Below, piece by piece: positions 26,031-39,328 of a stretch of DNA of 64,000 bases. The stretch is from Octopus sinensis (lineage: Eukaryota), in contig NC_042997.1 in NCBI RefSeq assembly GCF_006345805.1, forward strand, positions 178,436,001-178,500,000. Direction: 5' to 3'. The translations under genes and the position numbers were made by a program. Under the pieces are notes generated by a model, which saw nothing but the letters and a program-made list of their open reading frames with translations, was not told where the DNA came from and did not search any database. The number at the start of each line of letters is the position of its first letter. The first letter of the stretch is position 1.

Positions 26031-26325
26031 TGCTTGTGGAGTTGTATATTCTGCTTGTATTGGGTGAGAACTACTCATTCACCAAAGATTGAACATTTTC
26101 TGTTAATATGTTTCTTTCCTTTACATTATCTGATAGCAGTTTGTTTTCAAATCTATTAATATACAGCGAGAAACAATGATTGAAATCGTATTATGTATAG
26201 AAATAAACCTAATATTTCTATGTTATTTCTGAGTATTACTTATGATCAGAGTTGTAGGGTGTGTATCGTCGCGACGTCTCTTGAGTCAAAATCAAGTGTT
26301 TATAGTTGTCATTGGTGGCTGACGT

Positions 26326-26710
26326 GGAGGCGCAATGGCCCAGTGGTTAGGGCAGCGGACTCGCGGTCATAGGATCGCGGTTTCGATTCCCAGACCGGGC
26401 GTTGTGAGTGTTTATTGAGCGAAAACACCTAAAAGCTCCACGAGTCTCCCGCAGGGGATGGTGGTGATCCCTGCTGTACTCTTTCACCACAACTTTCTCT
26501 CACTCTTACTTCCTGTTTCTGTTGTACCTGTATTTCAAAGGGCCGGCCTTGTCACTCTCTGTGTCACGCTGAATATCCCCGAGAACTACGTTAAAGGTAC
26601 ACGTGTCTGTGGAGTGCTCAGCCACTTACACGTTAATTTCACGAGCAGGCTGTTCCGTTGATTCGGATCAACCGGAACCCTCGTCGTCGTAACCGACGGA
26701 GTGCTTCCAC
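26326..26710 (+). mobile_element. SINE family C full length, tail variant 1, with 13-bp target-site duplication
   Basis: Head GGAGGCGCAATGGCCCAGTGGTTAGGGCAGCGGACTCGCGG...GGTTTCGATTCC; catt(g/t)gtggctga at 26310-26322 and 26712-26724. Confidence 0.93.
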
Positions 26711-27026
26711 ACATTTGTGGCTGAACCAAAAATTAGGTTGTTCCTATTCTCTTAACATGATAGTTTAATTGATATTTTATTTCTTAATTTCTTAAAATTA
26801 TCCTTTTTTTTTTTTTTTTCATAAATTTAGAATTGCTATCAACCATCGTTATACTTTTTGCCTAGTCCTTTACCTGTTCAAAGCATCTTTCTAAATTTGT
26901 GCTAAACGTCCATGCTTCTTTTCAGATTTTTAGTTAACCCTTGTTTCGTATCTTCTAAGCACAACAATGTTTTTTTTTAACGGGTGTAGGTAGAAAGTCT
27001 CCCTTGGTTTTATTACAGGATCTTGC

Positions 27027-27630
27027 ATACCTGTATGTTTAGCCAAGGGGCTAAACATAGAGGGGACAAACAAAGACAGACAGACAAACGGATTAAGTCG
27101 ATTACATCGACTCCAGTGCGTAACAAGTACTTAATTTATCGACGCCGAAAGGATGAAAAGCAAAGTCGACCTCGGCGGAATTTGAACTCAGAACGTAACA
27201 GTAGACGAAATACGTATTTCTTTATTACCCACAAGGGGCTAAACATAGAGGGGACAAACAAGGACAGACATATGTATTAAGTCGATTACATCGACCCCAG
27301 TGCGTAACTGGTACTTTAATTTATCGACCCCGAAAGGATGAAAAGCAAAGTCGACCTCGGCGGAATTTGAACTCAGAACGTAACGGTAGACGAAATACGT
27401 ATTTCTTTATTACCCACAAGGGGCTAAACATAGAGGGGACAAACAAGGACAGACATATGTATTAAGTCGATTACATCGACCCCCGTGCGTAACTGGTACT
27501 TTAATTTATCGACCCCGAAAGGATAAAAAGCAAAGTCGACCTCGGCGGAATTTGAACTCAGAACGTAATGGTAGACGAAATACGGCTACGCATTTCACCC
27601 GGCGTGCTAACGTTTCTGCCAGCTCGCCGC
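27027..27630 (-). mobile_element. SINE family B with three tandem units of about 184 bp
   Basis: gaaatacgtatttctttattacc recurs about 184 bp apart; head at 27630. Confidence 0.92.
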
Positions 27631-27740
27631 GTTCAGAATCTCGCATATCATTGGATAACATATGTTGTGTGTTCACTTGTGAATATAGTACAAGAAACAA
27701 GCTTTAAAAATGACATCGAGACTATTCCTCCGTTAAAAAG

Positions 27741-27953
27741 TACTCTTTTACTTGTTTCAGTCATTTGACTGCGGCCATGCTGGAGCACCGCCTTTAGTCG
27801 AGCAACTCGACCCCGGGACTTATTCTTTTGTAAGCCCAGTACTTATTCTATCGGTCTCTTTTGCCGAACCGCTAAGTTACGGGGACATAAACACACTAGC
27901 ATCGGTTGTCAAGCAATGCTAGGGGGACAAACACAGACACACAAACACACACA

Positions 27954-28023
<70 letters not shown>

Positions 28024-28181
28024 CGACGGGCTTCTTTCAGTTTCCGTCTACCAAATCCACTCACAAGGCTTTGGTCGGCCCGAGGCTATAGTAGAAGACG
28101 CTTGCCCAAGGTGCCACGCAGTGGGACTGAACCCTGAACAATGTGGTTGGTTCAGCTACTTACCACACAGCCACTCCTGCG
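27741..28181 (-). mobile_element. SINE family A, full length
   Basis: Head, body and tail match the other copies. Confidence 0.9.
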
Positions 28182-28961
28182 GATAAAATAAACACTGTGG
28201 ATAAAATAAACACATCACGAATTATGGTGGTTTGGATAATTCAGCTCTGGCCGTCGTTGGTTACATGTGCCCTGTTATATTAATTCTGTTCTGGTGAATG
28301 ACGGCAGGAAAATAACATGACTCGCCTTCATGAAAATCGCTCACCCCTCTTCTCAGAGATGATTTGTTAGACCTATATATAGACAGAAGGTAGGCTCCAG
28401 CGCAGATTCAAACATTCTTTATCTGTCAATCTTACTTCTTTATCGAGTGTAATGGTTGCCATTTCTAGTGCACATAATTTGAAGAGATCTAATGAAATTG
28501 CATGGGGCTTCTTGTACTGGATTCTTATGTACCTTATATTACGAAGTAAAAGGCAGTAGGATTTCAACAGAAAGGAAATCCAACTATGGAAGAGTTCCTT
28601 TAGGACTAAAACTAATACTTTTGACTTTCAGTGAACCAGCAATATATTTTTATATAATTTTTCAACATCAGCTTCACCATGTTTGTTCTTGAAGTGGTCT
28701 TGAAGCTTGGCTAGCATCAGATTTCAGTTGGAAAATATAATGCTACAAAAACTACCCCAGGGTTTTGCAAGCTATTATTTCCTGATGAGCAAATGAAACC
28801 AAAGCATACATAGTCGGTGCCAGTTAAGTGATTTCACCCTGCTATAGACTCCTCAGCGACAGATGTCCAGTAGCGACATAACAGCCGAATCTCCCGTCAT
28901 TGTTATACAGAATATCAGCGTCTATTCAGGCACTTGTGTCGCAAATAGTCGGTGAGCTTAT

Positions 28962-29386
28962 TACTCTTTACTCTCTTTTACTCTTTTACTTGTTTCAGTC
29001 ATTTGACTGTGGCCATGCTGGAGCACCGCCTTTAGTCGAGCAAATCGACCCCAGGACTTATTCTTTGTAAGCCTAGTACTTATTCTATCGGTCTCCTTTT
29101 CCGAACCGCTAAATTACGGGGACATAAACACACCAGCATCGGTTGTCAAGCGATGTTGAGGGGAGGATAAACACTGACACACAAACATACACACACAAAC
29201 ACACACACACACACACACTCACATACATATATACGGCGGGCTTCTTTCAGTTTCCGACTACGAAATCCACTCAGAAGGCTTTGGTCGGCCCGAGGCTTTA
29301 GTAGAAGACACTTGGACAAGGTCCCACGCAGTGAGACTGAACCCGGAACCCTATGGTTGGTAAGCAAGCTACTTACCACACAGCCA
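28962..29386 (-). mobile_element. SINE family A, near full length
   Basis: Head, body and tail match the other copies. Confidence 0.9.
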
Positions 29387-29662
29387 AGTTGATGTGACCC
29401 TGTGGTTTAAAGGTTAAGTCTACATGTGTAGAATGATAAAGTTCTTGGTATGCTCAACAGAATTAAGTATAGACTTTATTTCTTCGTGGCAACTTCTTTG
29501 AGAATCTCTGGTGTTGTAGGTATCTCTCATAACTATAAACTCAGTTCAACAGAACAGCAAAATTACCAACCTTTCACAACTATCGAGATTTTGTCTACTT
29601 GTTTGTCTACGGCGTCTCTATCCTATGACAACACTATTTGTTTACTGTTTACTGGACGGGAC

Positions 29663-30382
29663 ATTTTAACTGTTAATTTATGTAAAATAGAAGTCCACTA
29701 TTTGTGGTTTATTTCATACACTTTCAACTATTAAATACTTTAATAATATCCATTAAATCGTAACGATTGCTCACGCCGTTAGACACTGTTATGAAACCAT
29801 AGAAAAATATATAAATTATTTTTAATGACAAGCTTACCTCCTGCAGTTTCATCCACCAGACACTTTAATAATATCTATGAAGTCACTAAGATATCTATAT
29901 TCCAGACTATCGGACAATTTAATGTTACGTAGGTGGAGGCGCAATGGCCCAGTGGTTAGGGCAGCGGACTCGCGGTCGGAGGATCGCGGTTTCGATTCCC
30001 AGACCGAGTATTGTGTGTGTTTATTTTAATTGTTAATTTATGTAAAATAGAAGTCTACTATTTGGGGTTTATTTCATACACTTTCAACTATTAAATACTT
30101 TAATAATATCCATTAAATCTTAACGATTGCTCACGCCGTTAGACACCGTTATGAAACCATAGAAAAATATATAAATTATTTTTAATGACAAGCTTACCTC
30201 CTGCAGTTTCATCCACCAGACACTTTAATAATATCTATGAAGTCACTAAGATATCTATATTCCAGACTATCAGACAATTTAATGTTACGTAGGTGGAGGC
30301 GCAATGGCCCAGTGGTTAGGGCAGCGGATTCGCGGTCGGAGGATTGAGGTTTCGATTTCCAGACCTGGCATTATGTGTGTTT
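29663..30382 (+). repeat. Tandem duplication with a 360-bp period that includes a SINE C head
   Basis: tgttaatttatgtaaaatagaag at 29671 and 30031; the two units are near-identical. Confidence 0.92.
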
Positions 30383-30605
30383 ATTGAGCAAAAACACCTA
30401 AAAGCTCCACGAAACTCCGGCAGGGGGTGGTGGCGACCCCTGTTGTACTCTTTCGCCACAACTTTCTCTCACTCTCTCTTCCCGTTTCTTGAGTAACGCT
30501 GCGATGGACTGGCGTCGCGTCCAGCTGGGGGGAGGGGAACACATACGCTACAGAAACCAGGAAACCGGGCCCATGAGCCTGGCTAGGCTTGAAAAGAGCG
30601 AAAAG
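30294..30605 (+). mobile_element. SINE family C, tail variant 2 (a duplicated head also lies at 29934-30022)
   Basis: tRNA-Arg-like head; tail gatggactggcgtcgcgtccagctggg...ctaggcttgaaaagagcg. Confidence 0.88.
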
Positions 30606-31692
30606 GATAATGTTATGTAATATTTGAAAACGGTTACTGACAACATTTGTTTTAGCTGGGAGTTTAGGACCACATGCGATAGCAGAAAGAAACTATTATT
30701 GATATATTTCATAATATATTTTGAATTATGTAAGCGACTTACTATAAAGAAGAAGTACCTAATGCATAAATATAGTACCAACCACAAAATACTTTAATAA
30801 TATTTATTGAGTCTCAGGCAAAACAATCTGACATCTAAATCTTACGAAAACCATTTTAAAAGACCTCTTTAAGTAAAGATTGACCATGCATCTGCGCATG
30901 TAGGCGTAGGGCAGGGTAAGATTTTATGAGGAAGACCGGCAGTTGTCCATTCGTGCATGTCCTCTTTCTTCACACCACCCATGTTTATCCAAAGGAAAAC
31001 CGCCGATTTGGGTCATTTCAGCTTTGGGTCATTTCATCAATGTCATCCGTAGGAGCTGTTGTTAGAACGCGAAGAACCGGAACAGATACTGTAAGGGATA
31101 TCACTTGGCCCCCCTCTAATAATTCAGTGCAAACCACCATCCTAGTTTGATTTTTGAAAAAAAATCTATCTCGAAAAGATAAAAGGCACAGTTGACTTAA
31201 GCGGGATTTGAACTCAGAGTACAGTAAGCCGGAACAAATACCACGACGCATTCTATCCAACATTTTAACATGCTAACTCCCACGCTTTAGAATCACCACG
31301 CTTTGTTTAACTCTTCAAAGATATTAAACAACACAGTTTTTTAGCATGGAGTTTTAGTATGGATTTTAGGAACATTCATGTCATCAGAAATAAACTATTA
31401 CCTTCATATATCTCGACAAAACTTTGTATTATGTTAGTGAGTTATTTTATAAAACATGCACCTAACATATTCGGGCGTTCTTTCTGATATACATAAGCGA
31501 CCCACCAAACTCATCCTTCTACAGTTGTTCAGTCTTATCAAACTCAGATACGATTTTTAAAGCTCAAATCATACTGCCATTTCACCTCTACGAAAGTGTT
31601 TTAAAACTATTTTATTTTCATTTCCTTCGTTTTTAAGTACAGATATACGAGAATTAGTTTGAAGAAAAACAGAAGATACATATGTCTGTCTG

Positions 31693-31763
<71 letters not shown>

Positions 31764-31838
31764 GTCTGTCTGTCTACCTGTCTGTCTATCTGTCTCCATG
31801 TGTACATACGTATATATATAATAATATCTATGGACACA

Positions 31839-31884
<46 letters not shown>

Positions 31885-31885
<1 letters not shown>

Positions 31886-32258
31886 TCTTTTATTCTTTTA
31901 CTTGTTTTAGTCATTTGACTGTGGCCATGCTGGAGCACCGCATTTAGTCGAACAATCAACCCCAGGACTTATTCTTTGTAAGCCTAGTAGTTATTATATC
32001 AGTATATTTTGCCGAACCACTAAGTTATGGTGGCATAAACACACTAACATCAGATGTCAAACGATGGTGGGGGAACAAACACAGACGCACAAACATATAT
32101 ACGACGGGCTTCTTTCAGTTTCCGTCTAACAAATCCATTCACAAGGTCGACCCTAGGTTATAGTATAAGACACTTGCCCAAGGTGCGATGCAGTGGGACT
32201 GAGCCCAGAACCATGTGTTTAGGAAGAAACCTTCTTACCGCACAATCGCACCTGCGTC
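31885..32258 (-). mobile_element. Diverged SINE family A
   Basis: Recognisable tail, body and head with many substitutions. Confidence 0.8.
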
Positions 32259-32314
32259 TATATACATACATACATACATACATACATACATACTACATAC
32301 ATACATACATACAT

Positions 32315-32381
<67 letters not shown>

Positions 32382-32604
32382 CATATTATTATTATTATTA
32401 CAAATTTGCGATTTTACCAATAGAACCGCGACCCCTGTTTCGGGATAACCTTATTGTATGGAATACACATAGAAAGTTATATCCAATATAATAATATAAG
32501 CATTTAAAAACCTACTATAAAATACAATAAAATTATTTATAAAAATATTAGAAAAATATATATATAACTTACCTGTTATTAATCTGTGGGGAAAGAAGAT
32601 ATTT

Positions 32605-34160
32605 TTAATCAACTCCAGAGATGGATAAAGAGACCTCGGTATCCGTGAAACTACATGTAGAAATGTGTCCCTCATAAGTTGTCTTATTGTAAGCTTCTAA
32701 ACCATTAACAATAGCATTCAAAGATTCTGATTCGGCACTGATAGCAACAACAGTCCTCAAACGCGCAAAATTATCATATATTAACACTCCCGACATATAA
32801 TCGACCGCTTGTTTAAATGTTTGAGCCTTGGTAGTTAACGTTTTGACTATCTTCCGGAATGATCTAGAACCTATTTGTTTATTTTGAGGAATGGTTTCTT
32901 TTTTAATCACGTAGCATTATAGTTGTACTCTTTTTCCTAATCAGCTTGGAGAGATCTATTTCTTCGCCACTAATCGTAAATGTTTTGGTACCCCCATGAG
33001 ATTCGGCATACATTAGAATCCGACAAAACAAACTCCACTGCAGCTTCTATTTGACCACGATCGTATCATATAATTGATCTATTGGAAGGTGTAAGCTGCT
33101 TTCCACTTGCCATATGTTTATATTGGGTTGTCCGGAAAGTTCGTGCCGATTTATAGTAGCTTACTTTTCGACTTATTTTAGAACATGGTTGAGTCCATAA
33201 AATAAGATTTGACTACACCTCCATTTAGAGCACAGTTTAAGCCATCTTTTCGTTCCTATAATCTGTGTTAATGAAAGATAAGAAAGTTCATTTTCGGCAC
33301 TTGATGCTTTGGGAACCAGACAAAAATTGCTGCAGTTCGGCTGGGATATGTTACCTCACCCTCCATATTCACTAGATATTGCTCCTTCGGATTTCCACTT
33401 ATCCAGGTCTCAGCAGAATAGTCTTAATGGTAAAAATTTCAATTCCTTGGATGACGTAAAAAGATACCTTGATGAATTCTTTGCCATGAAACCACCTCAA
33501 TTCTGGGAAGAGGGTATTTTCAAGTTAAAGGAAAGATGGAGACGCATTGTGCAACAAAATGGTTCATATTTGGTTGATTAAAAATGTAATGGCAAGTATT
33601 TATTGACCTTTTTCTTTCCTTTAAAAGTCGGCACGAACCTTCCGGACAAACCAATACTTTCGTCTTAATGAAGCTACTTTCATCATACCAACACCAAAAC
33701 TATCTTTCAAAACACTTGAAACTAAGGATACCGCTAATGGAGCTGTAACATCATCAGCTTATACAACATTTCTCGGCAATGCATCTCATACTTTAATGAT
33801 ATTTTCCGATAATTTGCCTTCATCGACGACACCTACTCCATCGCTTTTAACAACCTCTTTCATAAAGCCTTCAGCATCATACGGACTAATGAAAGAGCAT
33901 ACTTTTTTTATTATGGTACTGGTTAGTTTCAGTAGTCGCTTTTTAGGTGCTTCGTCAAAGTCTTCCATTTGGGTACTTTCACGTTTAGTCTTTCCCGGTG
34001 ATGATGATACTGATTTAAAACCAAAAGCTTCATACAATGCACCCATAGTTGAAACAATTTGTGATGGATCGCTAACTTCTGGTTCAGAATCCTCTTGTTC
34101 CGTATACACACTACGTTTTCTTGTATTCATATTTGTTTTCCGTGTGCCGACACCTCCCAT
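32605..34160 (-). pseudogene. Decayed ORF of about 340 codons from an unidentified transposon-like family, split by a mariner insertion
   Basis: The frame continues across the excised mariner (...VASLRRK-Y-KHMASGKQL...); segments QIEAAVEFVLSDSNVCRISWG-TKTFTISGEEIDL and AVDYMSGVLIYDNFARL; several stops and two frameshifts. Confidence 0.6.
33123..33654 (+). mobile_element. Internally deleted mariner element, same family as 20341-20850
   Basis: TIRs ttgggttgtccggaaagttcgtgccga / tcggcacgaaccttccggacaaaccaa, TA duplication; residual HPPYSLDIAPSDFHL. Confidence 0.95.
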
Positions 34161-35680
34161 AAGTCGTATTCTCTTTGTGACACATGTGATTATATTTTCG
34201 TAGCGTTTATTATCTCCACGACATGTACATCCACATCTCTAACATCCTTGACAACTAATACATCTACCTCTTTTGCAAGTACATGATAATTCTGACATAA
34301 CTGCCGACTGGGTGAAGCAAAATCAAAATCTGGACTGTCTGTGTGTTTTCTTTTTCGATATATTAATTTTAACCAATCAAATTGCCCCGTTTATTATTCA
34401 GTTGGCGAAAGTTCAGTATTTTAAAGTTCTACAAAAAAACCTCAATACTCTGACTCGCGAAGCGACTCTTAACTATTAAAATTTATTCTTTTATCTACTT
34501 TCCGTTCCTTACTCATCAATTTTTTATAATCTTTCTCCGTTTCAGTTATATGCCTACGTGCGCACACACAAACATATATTCTTTAGCTAAAGTAAAAAGT
34601 GTACTCTACATCGTGTGCTGAGAATACGCTTCATTTGCCGTCGGCAGACTGTGTGCGTATGTGTGTCTGTGAGTGCGCGCGTACGTGTTTGTGTGCCTGA
34701 CATCTATATTATTTTATATTATTTATAAGTTTTTTTAAAATAGGAAATTACTTGGTTAATTTATTTTGTATAATTCGATTTATTGTTAATAAATATTGAT
34801 CATTGCTAGCTTATTCCCAGGTCGCTTAGTTTCGGGACGATTACAGTCTAATGGCTAAAGTGGTATGTTGTTCTACTCGTTTTCTGTGCCTTTGTTTTAT
34901 GTGTGTTTTCGTGTTTGGAACGTATTATAAATTGTGGAACAGCATGTCTTATTGACCTAAGTTCGTTAATTAATCTATATGTTTGAAGCTATGGCTTAAT
35001 TATTCCTTTTCTATGTTATCTATCAGTGTTCAGTAAAATTCGCTCAGTACGTTTAGTTCACTAGTTTAATTTTCGCTCTATAATTATTGAAGAAGCAATA
35101 TTATTTTTGGATATATTTCTTTGTTTTATATGTTGTACTTTTAATTTCTGAGGTTACGCTGATGTTTCGCTCCTGCTATATGCCTGTTAAATCTCAGGCA
35201 TGTTATTAACGCTGTTAACACCATTCGGTTTGAATGGTACTGCCCAGGTGTCAAAGCCATGGTAATATCCGATAGCTAACTGTTGATGGGAACATATGTT
35301 TAATATACTTGTTGTCTGTGAATCTTTTGTATCTTAAGGTCCCGTTATCCTGAGTTGTCCTTCATTGTCATGAAGTTGAAACTGTTAGAGGGATCGTGAC
35401 TTTTGGTACTCTTGTGTTTGTATTATTACATATATCGATAATGTATGATTATCTTCGTTGGTAGTTTAATTGTGCTATGATAATCCTTAATTTAGGATTA
35501 TCATATAAGCACACATATACATCATATAAATTATATACATGTTTTATAAATGAATGCTAAAAAAACAAAACGTTTCGAGCCTACGCTCTTCCACAGAAAG
35601 GAACACAGAAAGAAACGAGGAGAGAAAATAAGGAATGTGTAGTGGCTAGCGATATATTATATATATATATATATTATATA

Positions 35681-35713
<33 letters not shown>

Positions 35714-35929
35714 ACATATACGATCTGGACTTCCTTGGCACCACTTCACAGCAAACTAGGTTCCTTCTACTTCTGTGTAGCTGTTGCAACCTTACAGTCT
35801 AGCTAACCATTCTACCGACACTATGTTATCTCGCAGTTAGACAGCCCAGTCGCCTGGTATTATGTTACCTTGCAATCAGAGTGACTTCGCAACATGCATT
35901 TAGCAAATTCAACAACAACAAGGACAATA

Positions 35930-37010
35930 AAAAATATTTAATGAACTGGAAGAATGAGGGATATAACCAACTGGAAATGTTCGTAGTGCAAGCTTTTACG
36001 AAAAGATAATTTTATTTCTAAAACACCTTTTAAAACTCCCTTTGCCCGCTAGAAAGATCGCACATAATTAACATTAATAGTAAACGAAATGAGTTGATTT
36101 TGACAGTGATTAACAAAATCAAGGATGAATATTTACAGCAGTGTAATCTCTATTCATTATACTCTCAACAACTGCAAAGAGGTTCTTTGAGAAGTTTAAG
36201 AGGTAAAAAAAAAATAGCAACATAATAAATAAGTGACATGATGGATTTGGAAAATGAATGGAAAAATATTGTTGATCTAAGGAAAACTATCAGCTACGTG
36301 GCGTTGCTTATCAAATGCAAAAAAAAAATAATAAAAACATACTTCCCGCTCGTCATGAGGGAAAAAACTGAAAAAGAAAAGGAAAGAAATACTATTTGGA
36401 GCTAGTAAAAAAAACTGTTGAGCATGAATTAATCACCCTCAAAGAGGACTTAAAAGCTGTCAGTGGGAAACTCTGGCATCAAAAGAGTGAAGCTGAAAGA
36501 AAAATATTTAACAAGAAATTAAACCGAAACCAATCAACAGTTTACAGTGATATGAGAGGACAATCAATAAACGTCAGAGAGGGTTCTTCTCATAAAGACA
36601 GATTTATTCTGAAAAAAAATTAGAAACGAAAAGGAGTTTAATCAGAAAGCAATTTGACTCAAAGAAATCCGAAAGAAATATTGTTCCTGTATTATACAAA
36701 AAAGCATACAGCATCAATGGGAATACCCTTGATACTATGATTCAAAAACCTTCAAGATAGGAAAGCACTAGAGTGATACATTATTGTCATATACTGTTAC
36801 AAGAATTTGCATAACTCCTACCGCAATAAAACTGCAGATGAAATGATGTATCAGCAAAAGATTATTCATAGCTTTCTTGCCACACAGTTTCAATATGACA
36901 GCAACGTAGACATCCAAGTAACAACAAGGTTATTAGGTCTCATTTCGAAGGGTATGCTATTGAAAAACAGGAACAGGATATTGAGACGAAATATTTCATG
37001 CGCAGGATAA
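35930..37010 (+). pseudogene. Heavily degenerate R4/Dong-type LINE N-terminal region
   Basis: LKAVSGKLWHQKSEAERKIFNKKLNRNQSTVYSDMR aligns with LAKAQRIRRYKKRQRFFEENKKFNSNPKKFYQEL of the 57-61 kb element. Confidence 0.5.
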
Positions 37011-37038
37011 AGATGCAGTTAACAACTAAATGCATATA

Positions 37039-37148
<110 letters not shown>

Positions 37149-37361
37149 TTGAAAGCTTATGAAAAATTACTTTATACAGTTTTTAAGAATAAAGGGGATG
37201 TCTTTTTTTTTATTATTTCTTTAAAAAATTATAAAAATCTTTTATCAGGATGTTATTTATTAACCCTTTTTGGAAGAAGTATTTTTCCTAGTGTGTGAGC
37301 GTTTTCGAGTAACTTTTTCAAACACGTGCTCTGAATACACACACACACACACACACACACA

Positions 37362-37432
<71 letters not shown>

Positions 37433-37582
37433 ACACACACACACACAACACACACACACAGACACACAGACACTCACACACACACACACACATACACACA
37501 CACACACATATTATGTATATGGCTTTAGGCTCAGGGTTTCACTGCTATTTCAGCGTGGTGATATCTCTCAGATACCCTAATT

Positions 37583-37647
<65 letters not shown>

Positions 37648-37712
37648 GGAGTAAACACATAAATGTGAAACAAGGTGGAAAAAAAGAGTACTCAAATACC
37701 AGTGGTAGAGTA

Positions 37713-37900
37713 ATATGCTTTATTTAAAGCAGCAGAAAATTCAACAAAATCTGTTACTCTGAGTTTCTCGTTGCTGTTCATCAGACAGTTTTTGTTAGAA
37801 TCTAGAATTTAGTTCTAACAAAAACTGTCTGATGAACGGCAACGAGAAACTCAGAGTAACAGATTTTGTTGAATTTTCTGCTGCTTTAAATAAAGTATAT
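37713..37900. repeat. Fold-back palindrome (88-bp arms, 12-nt loop) with a minimal hammerhead in each arm
   Basis: 37713-37800 vs 37813-37900 with two mismatches; plus-strand core CTGT-CTGATGA-ACG GCAA CGA-GAAA-CTCAGAG-TA-ACAG at 37825-37862. Confidence 0.9.
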
Positions 37901-39174
37901 ATTATCCTTCGAAACGTAGAGTAGATGAAACCATAGCGACTGAAGAAGGGGTTTTTTCTTTGTGTTAATTGTCCTGTACTCCATTTTTGTGTTTTTTAAA
38001 AAAATGTCCAGTTCCTTTGGTTTGTGTCTATGTTTTCGTTTCTCTTGTGTTCGACGTCCCTTTGGTGTCCTGTACTCATATATGCGTGTGTATGTACATG
38101 TAGAGGTAGGTACGTACATATATGTTTATATATATGTATATGTTTTATTTCATTTATTAATATATATATATATATTTATATATATATATGATCGTTGACA
38201 GTCTGATCATTGCGTGGGCAATGATCAGACTGTCACTGATAATTGCCCATGCAAAATGCCAACGATGCCCATACATGCGGTTATCGCACCAGTAGTTAGC
38301 TTCTCCCAAATTAGCAGCTGCAGCTTTCATGGTCGCTGCGGCGCCCTCCTAATCAACCAGGCATCCGGTTGTCGCCTTACTGGCGATTGCACAAGCTAGA
38401 ATTTTAGGTGCAACAAGCTTTGCACAAGACTCCCAGACACTCATCACGCTACTGATATGATCCAGAGAACAAGCCAGGGCAAGATATCCAGTGCCAATAT
38501 GGGTCGCAGGCTCAAGAATGTGGGAGCACCTTGATTGATCTCAAACGCAGGAAAAAGACCCCCAAAATGTTTAATGCCATTTCTTGCATGAATTAACTTT
38601 ATATCTCGTAGATAAATGCGTTAGCAAAAGCTAAAGAGTGCCTCACTCTCAGTGGCCTTCCAGCAAACCGGACGCCAACCTGGAATTTCTGATAGCCCGT
38701 GCTATTGCTAGATTGTTGCTGTAGTTCATCTGTCCTTTTGTTTTAAACCCGTCTGGGCCTAGACCAACCCTCCTCACCAAGCAAGCCTAGTGTGGTTGCC
38801 TGTTTAGCCGCCGACGGTCCGACTATGGAACAGGCTGTACTGGATTCCATGATACCAGTAGCATCCATGATATACCTCAAAAGCGACCTCACACACACAC
38901 ACGCATAAATATACATATGTATATATATATTCATATATGTATATATATCCATATATGCACATGCATCAATATATATGGAGAGGTAATTGGTGATCTTTAT
39001 TATTTGGGACATGGGAAGTAATTGCTCGTATTTGGGTGGGGAGGGGATAAATAAATATACAAATATATATATATATATATATATAATAATTCGAGACAAA
39101 ACCACTACTTTGCAAAACAAACAAGGAAAGACTTAATCAATACATAAAAATTTTTAATATAAAGAAATAAACCG

Positions 39175-39217
39175 CCACTACAATCGTTTCATGTCTTCAA
39201 TGACATTCGTCAGGTGG
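39175..39217 (-). ncRNA. Type I hammerhead ribozyme, mirror copy
   Basis: Exact reverse complement of 39286-39328. Confidence 0.8.
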
Positions 39218-39285
39218 ACTTTCGATCTCCTAATCTGTTTTAATTTATGACTTCATAAATTAAAACAGATTAGGAGATCGAAAGT

Positions 39286-39328
39286 CCACCTGACGAATGT
39301 CATTGAAGACATGAAACGATTGTAGTGG
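39286..39328 (+). ncRNA. Type I hammerhead ribozyme, minimal Penelope-type
   Basis: Stem I CCAC/GTGG; core CTGACGA; stem II ATGTC/GACAT; GAAA; short stem III CGATTG; predicted cleavage GUA after 39324. Confidence 0.8.

Noticed and set aside
26326-26400. Apparent tRNA-Arg gene
   Set aside because: It is the head of SINE C: it continues into the SINE body, has a TSD and occurs in several copies.
28780-28810. CTGATGAGCAAATGAAAC
   Set aside because: There is no real stem II and no UH cleavage triplet; probably chance.
30890-31160. Unique island with a short direct repeat (tttgggtcatttca twice) and small ORFs
   Set aside because: No consistent splice sites or recognisable protein in any frame.
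35570-35615. Hammerhead-like GAGC-GTAG-GCTC-GAAA on the minus strand
   Set aside because: The upstream core reads CTGTGGAA rather than CUGANGA and stem I cannot be formed.
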